Shown: positions 51,564-60,067 of the stretch, piece by piece
How the letters are laid out: the number at the start of each line of letters is the position of its first letter
Position numbering within the stretch: position 1 is the first letter of the stretch
Assembly (NCBI GenBank): GCA_963674785.1
Contig: OY771555.1
Location: forward strand, 800,001 to 864,000
Reading direction: 5' to 3'
DNA length: 64,000 nt
Origin: Caldisericia bacterium
Lineage (GTDB): Bacteria > Caldisericota > Caldisericia > JAAYUI01
The notes under the pieces: model-generated
The model's database searches: none
The model's input: the letters and a program-made list of their open reading frames with translations, nothing else
Told to the model about the DNA's origin: nothing
Made by a program: the position numbers and the translations under genes

Positions 51564-52150
51564 CGTCATTCCCGATCAAGTCGGGAATGACGGGGAGTGA
51601 CATTCCGGGTCAAGCCCGGAATGACGGGGAGAGAGAATGCCGGTCATGCTTCGACCCTTCGGCACGTAGGTAAACTCAGTGTAAACCGAGCTCAGAAACC
51701 GTCAGGCATGACGTAGCAAGAGAATATCTTTCTACGCATAATGACATCTTTTTCTCTATGTCTCTCCAGCGGAAGCTGGAAACCAGGGCATAGAAAGGCG
51801 TATTTGTTTTGTCCGGTGAAATAGTTTGACCATCATCAACAAATTCCCACAAAATATTTCATGCATCAAGAGTAACCCTAGATTCCGGGTCAAGCCCGGA
51901 ATGACGGGGGAGAGTATCCTCGATTACCCTTCAGTGCTTTGATAAACTCAGTGTAAACTGAGTTCAGGAACCGTGCGGAATGACAGAAGAAAAAGCACTG
52001 GAAAAACCAGTGCTTTGAGATTGTTTTTAGATTCTGAACCAAAAATCCTAGATGCCGCATCAAGTGCGGCATGACAGGGAGTGTTGTGCGGGATGATGTG
52101 TTTGGAATGAAGTGACAAGCTTTAACCCTCCCTCTTCAGGGAGGGCATTT
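51564..52150. repeat. Large composite REP cluster including a REPIN copy (51759-51906) and nested elements
   Basis: cgtcattcccgatcaagtcgggaatgacg; attccgggtcaagcccggaatgacg x2; nested elements at 51635-51713 and 51917-51985; cctagatgccgcatcaagtgcggcatgac. Confidence 0.9.
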
Positions 52151-52155
52151 ATGGG

Positions 52156-52599
52156 TTATCCTTCCGTATGCAACAACTCCACCCCATTGCTTTTCAGCAC
52201 ATCTTTGACAATCTCACTGTGGGGATAATCATCTCTGAAATAGAGACGCTCAAGGTTTGGGAAGGTGTTTGCAATGACCTTCGCGCAGTGGTAACAGGGA
52301 AGGCATGTCACATAGATTTCTGTTATATCCTTCCTGCGTCCCTCATATCGGGAGATTGCATTGATCTCGGCATGAATGACAGGGCATTCCCAAAGCTCTG
52401 AACCAGAGGCAGTAAGTTCGCGGTTACAGGTTTCGCAATGTGGGGCACCAGAGACAACGCCATTGTATCCAGTCGATTTGATGTTTTTGTCAGAATCAAC
52501 AAGTATGCAGCCAACCTGACGACGAAGACAGGTAGACCTGGATGCGACCATCTCGGTGATTTTCATGAAATATGTTACTTTATCGGGTCTGTCTGTCAT
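52156..52599 (-). CDS. dCMP deaminase / ComEB-family Zn deaminase
   Basis: RSTCLRRQVG, TGYNG, HAEINA, PCYHC. Confidence 0.92.
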   Translation of the reverse strand: MTDRPDKVTYFMKITEMVASRSTCLRRQVGCILVDSDKNIKSTGYNGVVSGAPHCETCNRELTASGSELWECPVIHAEINAISRYEGRRKDITEIYVTCLPCYHCAKVIANTFPNLERLYFRDDYPHSEIVKDVLKSNGVELLHTEG

Positions 52600-54305
52600 G
52601 ATTTTGGATACCTCACAAGGATTGTTTTTGTAGCTGAATACCACTCAACACTTGCTCCGAGGTTATCGGTGATGAAGCGAACTGGAACAAGGGTTGAACC
52701 ACTGATGATCTGTGGTGGAGGGTCAACCGTGACTGATTTACCATTTACCTTTGCAACCTTTTGGCCGATCCACATCTCAACAATCTTTCCCTCAAGTTCG
52801 TATGTGACCTTGTAGGCGTTTCCGTCCCAGCCGATTTTTGCACCCAAAGATTCACCCAAAAATCTGAAAGGAACCAACGAGCGACCATCTACAATTGTGG
52901 GCGGAACAGGCATTGCGTCTTTCACATATTGGCCATTTATTGTGGCATCCTTGAATCCAACTGTCATGATGATTGTTGTAACCGGTGCGAAATTGATGCT
53001 GAAGCGGTAAGAGTATGTGTTGTCTGGATTTGGATTGACAATTGGGTCTGTGATTGGGTCAACACAAACAATATCGATTGGGTTGACACCATTTTTAAGC
53101 ATCACGCCATGAGTGAATGTGCCATCTGGATTGAGTGGAACCGGCTGACCATTGATTACAAGAGAGGAATTTGGTTCAACTTTGCCGGTTATCTCAAAAT
53201 ACTGTTTCCTTGTTACCTGTCCATCTTCAATATTGAAACTTGGTTCAATGAGGTTTGGCAACACTTTCACTTCAGCTGATGCATCTGATTCGATTCCGTT
53301 CTGGTCAACTGCTTTGATGATGTAGTAATATGTGATTCCATTTTGCACGTTCGGGTCTGTGTACTGCATCCCTGAAACAAAGAAATCTGTGATTGCCATG
53401 TCTGAGTAACCATCTGGATATGTTGCACGGTAGATATTGTATCCAACAACTGGCATACCACCAGATACAGCAACAACAGGATCCCAGAAAAGATGGACTT
53501 TGTTATTTCCGGGGTATGCAAAGAATGTCTCAACCTGTGGTGGTGGAGCAGAACTTGCAAGTACTGTCATTTTTACGGTGACATTTATAACCTTCTTGAC
53601 AGGGTCAGGGTCATTTGAAGAGACGATGATTGTTGCATAATAATCACCAGGTTTGAGGGTGGAGGCATCAACAAGCACGACAGTTGCTGTGCTTTTCCCG
53701 CCGTCAACCATTCCGTTTGCTGGGTCAAAGCTGAGCCAATCCTTGATGTTTGATGTTGCGACCTGAAGAAGGATTGGAACCTGCTGCATTCCTGCATTTG
53801 ATGAGAGGATAACATTGCCTCTGTAGAGCTGTCCCTGCACAAGATCATTGAGATTGATTGTTACAAGCACTGTTACAACGTCTTTACTGACGTTCTGAAC
53901 CTGTGTTGAAATCCAGCCCTGGTCACCAGTTGCTGCAATCTGAAGGTATTCTTCGCCAGTTACTGTACATGTGATTGTCCTTGTGAGACTGCCTCTGTTT
54001 GGAACGGTGCCAAAATCAAGATATGGCGGGTCAACAAGCATCTTTCCATTTGCTGCATATTTTCCTTCTGTGAGGGCTGATGTTTCCGGGGCATCTTGAT
54101 AGGTTTTTGACAGTGCAAACATTAATTTACCAATTCCTCTGTTGTATATACCGAGGTTTTGGCTTGACTGAGTCCCCTGTTTTACAAAAAACACCATCTC
54201 AGTTGCTGTCAGTTCTATGTTGCAGTCATCTGCCGCTGCCGTTGTGCCTGGAATAGTGGCAATAAGCATTATGGCGACTATTAGAATGATCAGTGGCTTT
54301 TTCAT
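52596..54305 (-). CDS. Surface protein: BACON/Ig + Fn3 + stalk (copper amine oxidase N) domains
   Basis: Signal peptide; GYNIYR...YTD..V.NG.TYYY.IKAVD; SLVPFRFLGESLGA, TLVPVRFI. Confidence 0.88.
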   Translation of the reverse strand: MKKPLIILIVAIMLIATIPGTTAAADDCNIELTATEMVFFVKQGTQSSQNLGIYNRGIGKLMFALSKTYQDAPETSALTEGKYAANGKMLVDPPYLDFGTVPNRGSLTRTITCTVTGEEYLQIAATGDQGWISTQVQNVSKDVVTVLVTINLNDLVQGQLYRGNVILSSNAGMQQVPILLQVATSNIKDWLSFDPANGMVDGGKSTATVVLVDASTLKPGDYYATIIVSSNDPDPVKKVINVTVKMTVLASSAPPPQVETFFAYPGNNKVHLFWDPVVAVSGGMPVVGYNIYRATYPDGYSDMAITDFFVSGMQYTDPNVQNGITYYYIIKAVDQNGIESDASAEVKVLPNLIEPSFNIEDGQVTRKQYFEITGKVEPNSSLVINGQPVPLNPDGTFTHGVMLKNGVNPIDIVCVDPITDPIVNPNPDNTYSYRFSINFAPVTTIIMTVGFKDATINGQYVKDAMPVPPTIVDGRSLVPFRFLGESLGAKIGWDGNAYKVTYELEGKIVEMWIGQKVAKVNGKSVTVDPPPQIISGSTLVPVRFITDNLGASVEWYSATKTILVRYPKS

Positions 54306-54321
54306 ACTCCACCTCCTATTG

Positions 54322-55104
54322 CTATTTTTCAATTTTTTCACACCTTACATTTTCTATACCGATTAACGCTTGTATTAGTTTATTCGTTTTTTCAAGATTT
54401 CCAGATGTGAAGAATTTCAGTTTACCGGTTTCACCAGTTTTGGGCAAATCCTTTGCAAGCGTTTCGATGCGGTTGCAAACAGCGATGCTTGTGTCGATAA
54501 TGTTTATACTATCTGGAAGGATTTTTCTGATACAATCATAAAGAAATGGGAAGTGTGTACATCCGAGGACTATCTGGTCAACGTCAGCAGTGATTACAGG
54601 ATCAAGGATTTCAGAAAGTCTTGCCTCTTTGCAGAAGCTAAGACTGATTGAATCATTTTCGACCCAATCAACAAGTTCTGGTGCTGGTATCACAATCACT
54701 TTTCCATGGTGACCATATTTTTCTTTTGTGTTTAAAAACTTTTCACCACGACTTGTGGCACGTGTTGCAAGCACTGCAACCCTACCTTTTTTTGTGGCAA
54801 GAAGAGCAGGTTTAACACCAGGTTCAACACCAACAAAGGGAATATCGGGATACTTTTCTCTGAGTTTTTCGATGGTATTTACACTTGCACTGTTACAAGC
54901 GACTACAATCATTTTTGCGCCTTTTCCAAGCAGAAACTCGGTGATTCTACTTGCCCGATTTAAAATGAACTCATCAGATTTTTCGCCCCATGGGCAGTTT
55001 GCTGAATCCGCAACATAGAGAAAATCAAAGTCGGGAAGCCTTTTTATAGCGTGTCTGAATATTGAAAGTCCACCAACGCCTGAATCAAAAAAACCAATTG
55101 ACAC
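54322..55104 (-). CDS. murI: Glutamate racemase
   Basis: IGFFDSGVGGLS, VVACNSAS, VLGCTHFP. Confidence 0.96.
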   Translation of the reverse strand: MSIGFFDSGVGGLSIFRHAIKRLPDFDFLYVADSANCPWGEKSDEFILNRASRITEFLLGKGAKMIVVACNSASVNTIEKLREKYPDIPFVGVEPGVKPALLATKKGRVAVLATRATSRGEKFLNTKEKYGHHGKVIVIPAPELVDWVENDSISLSFCKEARLSEILDPVITADVDQIVLGCTHFPFLYDCIRKILPDSINIIDTSIAVCNRIETLAKDLPKTGETGKLKFFTSGNLEKTNKLIQALIGIENVRCEKIEK

Positions 55105-55105
55105 C

Positions 55106-56266
55106 TTATTCTATATCCTTGTCGTCAATGTGTCCTTCTGCTATTCGCTCATGGCTGTGTTCCATTTTTTCAGACATATCATGTGTTACTTTATCTATTT
55201 CATTGTCGGTGAATTTTGAACCGAGCTTTTGTGTGAGCATGGAGATTGCAAATGGGCCACTGACAAGAATATCCATGTGGAAATCAAGGATTCGATATAC
55301 AAGCAGGAATGAGCCAACAACGGCACCATCGACACCTGCGATTCCGCTGAAGAAAACTGCAGTTCCAACCTCAACTCCGCCGACAGCACCTGGTGTTGGA
55401 ACCCATGCTGTTGAAAGCTGGGCGATAACACCCATTGCGATTACTGCAAGCACGTTTGGGAATATTCCCAGAGCAACCAACACAAAATATGGCATGAGTT
55501 TTAAGATTGTCCATGTGATGATTGAATTGATGACTGCAAACGCGACAGCCCACTTGTTCCCTGAGAGCATTTTTCTTGCAGAATATCGGACTTCGTTTAG
55601 AACCTGCTTGCCTTTTTTGTAAAACTCGGTTGGAGTTTTTGAGTTTGTCCATTTCCTCAAAAGTCTGAATCTGGCAAGGAATTTGAACAGGAATGAAAAC
55701 CATACTGGATTCATGATGATTATGAATCCACCAACGACCAAAAGAAGGAATCCAAAAACTGTTACCAAAAACACAACATACTGGGCGGTCTCAAGATTAA
55801 GATTGAAACCGAATGGAATCATTGCAAAGATTATCACAACATAGATGATTCTGACAAGTACTGAGATAAGACCCTTTACAGTGACAAGTACCGTCCCTTC
55901 AGCAACTGAATATCCCTCATCGGTAAGAAACCACACCTGCATTGGCTGACCACCGGATGTTGATGGAGTCGTGTACTCGAAAAATAGACCCAGAAAGTAT
56001 ATCCTCATCATTCGCCAGTAGCTTGTGAACTTGCCCATCGCACGTGCTAAAAACCAGTGTTGGAAAGTCTCAAGCACAAATGATAGGATGTTTGTCAATC
56101 CAGCAATTATGATCAACCACCACTTGGCATTTTTTATTGTCTCCCATGCCTCAGTCAGGTCAAACCCCGATGTGTAGACAAGAATAATAAAAATAACAAC
56201 AAATGAGGCGATTCCGGCAAGAATCGACATAATCATAATGTTTTTGCGTTTATATTGCTTTGCCAT
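55106..56266 (-). CDS. Lysylphosphatidylglycerol-synthase TM (UPF0104) flippase-like protein
   Basis: FFEYTTPSTSGGQP, PTPGAVGGVE, LVYR; multi-TM; start refined to MAKQYK. Confidence 0.88.
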   Translation of the reverse strand: MAKQYKRKNIMIMSILAGIASFVVIFIILVYTSGFDLTEAWETIKNAKWWLIIIAGLTNILSFVLETFQHWFLARAMGKFTSYWRMMRIYFLGLFFEYTTPSTSGGQPMQVWFLTDEGYSVAEGTVLVTVKGLISVLVRIIYVVIIFAMIPFGFNLNLETAQYVVFLVTVFGFLLLVVGGFIIIMNPVWFSFLFKFLARFRLLRKWTNSKTPTEFYKKGKQVLNEVRYSARKMLSGNKWAVAFAVINSIITWTILKLMPYFVLVALGIFPNVLAVIAMGVIAQLSTAWVPTPGAVGGVEVGTAVFFSGIAGVDGAVVGSFLLVYRILDFHMDILVSGPFAISMLTQKLGSKFTDNEIDKVTHDMSEKMEHSHERIAEGHIDDKDIE

Positions 56267-56500
56267 AAATTGCTTTCTTTTATAAGTGCTTGAAATCGGA
56301 TTACTCGATTCTAGTCGCACACATGAATTGCATTTTACACACAATTGTTCTCAATTACAAATTCATGAGACAAACTTCGGTGAGTTTTGTTTCATTTAAG
56401 TATTCTCCATCCTAATTTGCATGCTCAGTATGTGGATACAGAGTGATGGGAGAAGTGGTTGAAAACTACATACTTCTTCAGTGCTTCCTCTGCCCTTTTA

Positions 56501-56560
56501 GGTCTTTCCAGCGTTCGCTGGAATCTAGGGCGTTAAAGAGCGAGTGTGTCAATGTCAAAA
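56501..56560. repeat. REP (left REPIN type) plus spacer remnant, facing the next gene
   Basis: gtctttccagcgttcgctggaatctagggc...agcgagtgtgtc; compare 29866-29893 and 7168-7200. Confidence 0.75.
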
Positions 56561-56743
56561 AAACAAATCAGTAAACAACAAGAATTGATGAATAGAATAA
56601 TAATCTCTGACCCAAAAGTAATAGATTTTATGATTTGACACTTTAACGAGGTTTTTTGGTAATCAAATAATGACAATTGAACCAAACAATAATTTTAATC
56701 GTTTCAATTATTGAATACAGAACTTATTTCACGGAGGGATTCG

Positions 56744-57904
56744 ATGAATTTAAAAAGATTTTTGGCGGTTGTTTTGTGTGTTTTGATTGTTGCGTCATTA
56801 TTCAGCATAAGCATCTCTGCAAACGAAGAGGGAATCGAAAGCGCTCTTGCTGGTGATTTTACGGCTGAAGCGTTTTATAATTTTTGCGATGATACTAAAA
56901 ACAAAGTTACTTTTGATCCTATTCCTATTATAACGTTCAAACATGATCAAGTATTGATTACAAAAGTTGAGGAAACATCAGATGAAAATGGAAAATATCA
57001 CAAGCCGGTTACAAAAGATGGTAAGCCTGTGTACATAAAACCTAGTGATGATTACTACTATGAAAATATGATGGAAATTCTGCAAAGTAACCTAACTGCA
57101 ATTGTGGAATCTGATGCTCGAATCAATAACTTATTCATAGCAATGAAATTGAAAAATGAATCAGGTAGAGGTCACCACTTTACTGCAGCGAAGATGATTA
57201 AGAGTCAAAAAAACGAGCTTTACAAAAAATATAGTTACAGTGATTATATATTTGAAGAACATCCATTGTTTGGATTATCACCTGGATCAATAATCATTTA
57301 CGACTCAAATCTAAACTTCAATGTTTATGATGTGAAAACTGGTGAATTCAGGCTTGTAGAATCAGGATGTGTTAACCCTGATATTTACAGAGATAAAGAA
57401 ACATTGCATCTTCAGTATCCTGAACTTCTTTGGTTCCTTGATGAGATGTATTTACCTCCAAATTATGGTTACCTAGAATTGTTTGATGGAGAGAGGAATA
57501 TCATAACCGATGGAGAGGGAACAAGATCAGACATCAATTTCAAGGTAATTGATGGTATTCCAACAATTGAAAACTACTATACATTAGCAAGTATCCTAGA
57601 TATGAGAGCTTCATTGCCAGATGATAATGGAGTGATTAGGTTCTACAAATTGTTAGATGATCCATCAGGAGATGATTTCTATAGGATACTTGAAATACAG
57701 GAAAACTCAAAAGAAGCTAAGATAATCACAGCAGATGGTGAAAAAGAATTTGAGCTTTCCTTTGCACCATATCCAAAAGATGAAAAGAAGAAATGGTCAA
57801 CTCACATTTACCCTCTTCTTGATATCCTAAATGCACTTCAAATCACATACCATTACCCCCGATGTGATGGAAGTATTCTTATTTCTTTGAATAAAGGATG
57901 GTAG
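56744..57904 (+). CDS. Secreted hypothetical protein, paralog of 46036..47295
   Basis: SD ggaggg; signal peptide; shared motifs G.I.IYD..L.F, NPDI.RD, GY.E.F, FEL...P, SILIS. Confidence 0.78.
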   Translation: MNLKRFLAVVLCVLIVASLFSISISANEEGIESALAGDFTAEAFYNFCDDTKNKVTFDPIPIITFKHDQVLITKVEETSDENGKYHKPVTKDGKPVYIKPSDDYYYENMMEILQSNLTAIVESDARINNLFIAMKLKNESGRGHHFTAAKMIKSQKNELYKKYSYSDYIFEEHPLFGLSPGSIIIYDSNLNFNVYDVKTGEFRLVESGCVNPDIYRDKETLHLQYPELLWFLDEMYLPPNYGYLELFDGERNIITDGEGTRSDINFKVIDGIPTIENYYTLASILDMRASLPDDNGVIRFYKLLDDPSGDDFYRILEIQENSKEAKIITADGEKEFELSFAPYPKDEKKKWSTHIYPLLDILNALQITYHYPRCDGSILISLNKGW

Positions 57905-57932
57905 TACAAAATTCTGTTGAATGAAAAACACT

Positions 57933-58020
57933 GTATTCCGGGTCATCCTTCGACAGGCTCAGGAACCGCTGGGAATGAAAGTAGGAAATCTTCATGCTGA
58001 ATCGAGTTCAACATGAAAAC
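57933..58020. repeat. Inverted REP with loop insertion, plus an additional hairpin
   Basis: attccgggtca[tccttcgacaggctcaggaacc]gctgggaatga; tcatgctgaatcgagttcaacatga. Confidence 0.8.
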
Positions 58021-58029
58021 CTGGGGAGG

Positions 58030-59061
58030 TTACCTTCCACAACTCTGATTTCTGATTATGAAAACCTCGTCATCCTCTCTGATTCTTATCTCTGAAACTG
58101 GGTTTAATGAGGTTTCATCGTTTCTGATGAGTGCGATTGGCAGAAAACCCATTGTAGATTTGACATAAGAGGAGTACTCACCATAGGTTTTCCCAATGAA
58201 CTCTTTTGGGATGGGACTTCGGTCAAGTTGATTGTCCCCAGAACTTGTCAGAAGTTTTCTGATGAGGTTTGCTGTACCGGGGTTTCTCACGGTTCTTGAT
58301 ATAACATCCCCTGCAACAGATGACCTTACGATAACCTCGTCTGCCCCTGCTCCCTCAAGATACTCAAGGTCTTCAGCAGAGATTACCTCACAGATAATTC
58401 TGATGTTTTTCTCTGTGATACGTCTGAGAGCCATGGTTGTAAGAATAACTCTGGAGTCCATGTCTGATGTGCCAGATGATTGGTCAGCAAGTACAACTGC
58501 AACCTTTGCTTTGCTTGGAGCGACTTTCTTGAGAGAGTCGAGTCTTGTTGAATCACCAGAAACAAAAATGATGTTTGGAGGAAGGTCAGGTGCACGCTCT
58601 CTATCGGCAAGCACGACGATTGTCTCACCAGACTTGTTGCATTGGTCAATCAGTTCGGTAATTATTCTCAATCCATTTTCATTCCATCCGCAGATGAGAA
58701 TGTGGTCTGAAAGCTTGCCAACAACTCTTTTTCCGATTCTTGTTACCACCCTTTCAACAACCTTTCCCACAATTGTTGCGGTCATCACAGCCACAAACAG
58801 GATGCCAATGAGTATGGCAATGGTTCCAACTATCTTGCCAGCAGTGGTCACAGGGACAAGATTCCCGTAACCCAGCGTTGACATCGTCACGATTATCCAC
58901 CAAACAGCGTCTCCGAAGGTTCTTATTGTGGCATCAGCGCCTGCCTGACTTTCAAAGAAAAGTGCAAGATAGGAAAGCGCAATTATTGGTGTCAGGATGA
59001 TCAGTAACCACCTGAACACCAATGTTGCGTTATCTTTTAAGTTACGATAATTTTGCGCCAC
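58030..59061 (-). CDS. 2-TM potassium channel with RCK/TrkA-N domain
   Basis: [19 protein letters not shown] filter; HILICGWN; [10 protein letters not shown]; start inferred at GTG 59061. Confidence 0.88.
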   Translation of the reverse strand: MAQNYRNLKDNATLVFRWLLIILTPIIALSYLALFFESQAGADATIRTFGDAVWWIIVTMSTLGYGNLVPVTTAGKIVGTIAILIGILFVAVMTATIVGKVVERVVTRIGKRVVGKLSDHILICGWNENGLRIITELIDQCNKSGETIVVLADRERAPDLPPNIIFVSGDSTRLDSLKKVAPSKAKVAVVLADQSSGTSDMDSRVILTTMALRRITEKNIRIICEVISAEDLEYLEGAGADEVIVRSSVAGDVISRTVRNPGTANLIRKLLTSSGDNQLDRSPIPKEFIGKTYGEYSSYVKSTMGFLPIALIRNDETSLNPVSEIRIREDDEVFIIRNQSCGR

Positions 59062-60067
59062 AACCTGGACAGAAACTTGCTCCCGATGGGATTTCTTCAC
59101 CACATTTTGCGCATCTTCCGGTTTGAAGATTAGCTCCACAGCTTGGGCAGAATTTGGCATCCGCAGGGTGAGGTTTTCCGCAGTTTGGACAATGTGGTTC
59201 ATTTGATGCTGGTTCAGATTTTTTTCCTGAGAATCCATCGCCCATTTCAGATACTATCTTTGCACCCATCATGATTCCGGCACCAGCTTGTGCTGCAGTT
59301 CCTGCAAGTCCTCCGCCTCCATTTTTATCCATTGACTTGGCGGCTTTGTATGCTAGATACTTGTTCATATCAGAGATTGCGTTCATGCCTGCTCTTTCAT
59401 CAACTGCTTTTTCAACTTCCTCTGGGAGTGAAATTGACATGATGTATGCATCTGAGCATTTGAGACCGTACTGGGAAAGCTCTTTTGATGCTGATGCAGC
59501 AAGGGCATCCCCAAGCTCTTCATAAACACTTGGAAGATCAAAAACAGTGCCAACTGTTTCACCCAAAGCGTCTGTAAATCTTGAGCTTATAATTGATCTG
59601 AATTTATCCTCGATGCGGTCGCGAGTCATGAATCCGCGTGTACCGACAAAATCAGCGATGAAGCGTTTTGGCTCTTCAACTTGGAGTGTGTAGTTACCAA
59701 AGGCTTTAACTCTTACTATTCCAAGCTCTTTGTCGCGGAATGGGATTGGCTCTGGTGTGCCAAATTTGAAATCAGGGTGAAGAGTTGTTGAGATGAAGAG
59801 TACCTCGGATCTGAATGGGGATTTGAATCCATAGGGAAGCGAGAGGAGTTTTGTAACAATTGGGATGTTTTCTGTTGAAAGCGTGTATTTTCCAGGACCA
59901 AACATGTCGGCAAGTTTGCCATCGGAAATAAACATTGCGATTTGTCCATCACGAACGATGAGCTGTGCACCCATCTTGATGTCTGCTGAACCCTGTGGTG
60001 GTTCACGGTGCATCAATTCAACACCAAATTTGTCTAACCATTCAATAATCTCGAGGTATACACCCAT
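59042..60067 (-). CDS. SPFH-domain protein with C-terminal double zinc ribbon (YdjI-like)
   Basis: [34 protein letters not shown]; CPNCG...FCPSCG...CAKCG...FCPGCG. Confidence 0.92.
   Translation of the reverse strand: MGVYLEIIEWLDKFGVELMHREPPQGSADIKMGAQLIVRDGQIAMFISDGKLADMFGPGKYTLSTENIPIVTKLLSLPYGFKSPFRSEVLFISTTLHPDFKFGTPEPIPFRDKELGIVRVKAFGNYTLQVEEPKRFIADFVGTRGFMTRDRIEDKFRSIISSRFTDALGETVGTVFDLPSVYEELGDALAASASKELSQYGLKCSDAYIMSISLPEEVEKAVDERAGMNAISDMNKYLAYKAAKSMDKNGGGGLAGTAAQAGAGIMMGAKIVSEMGDGFSGKKSEPASNEPHCPNCGKPHPADAKFCPSCGANLQTGRCAKCGEEIPSGASFCPGCGAKLS

Noticed and set aside
59062-59238. N-terminal extension of the K+ channel ORF
   Set aside because: Overlaps the zinc-ribbon coding region of the SPFH gene in another frame; a GTG near 59061 is more plausible
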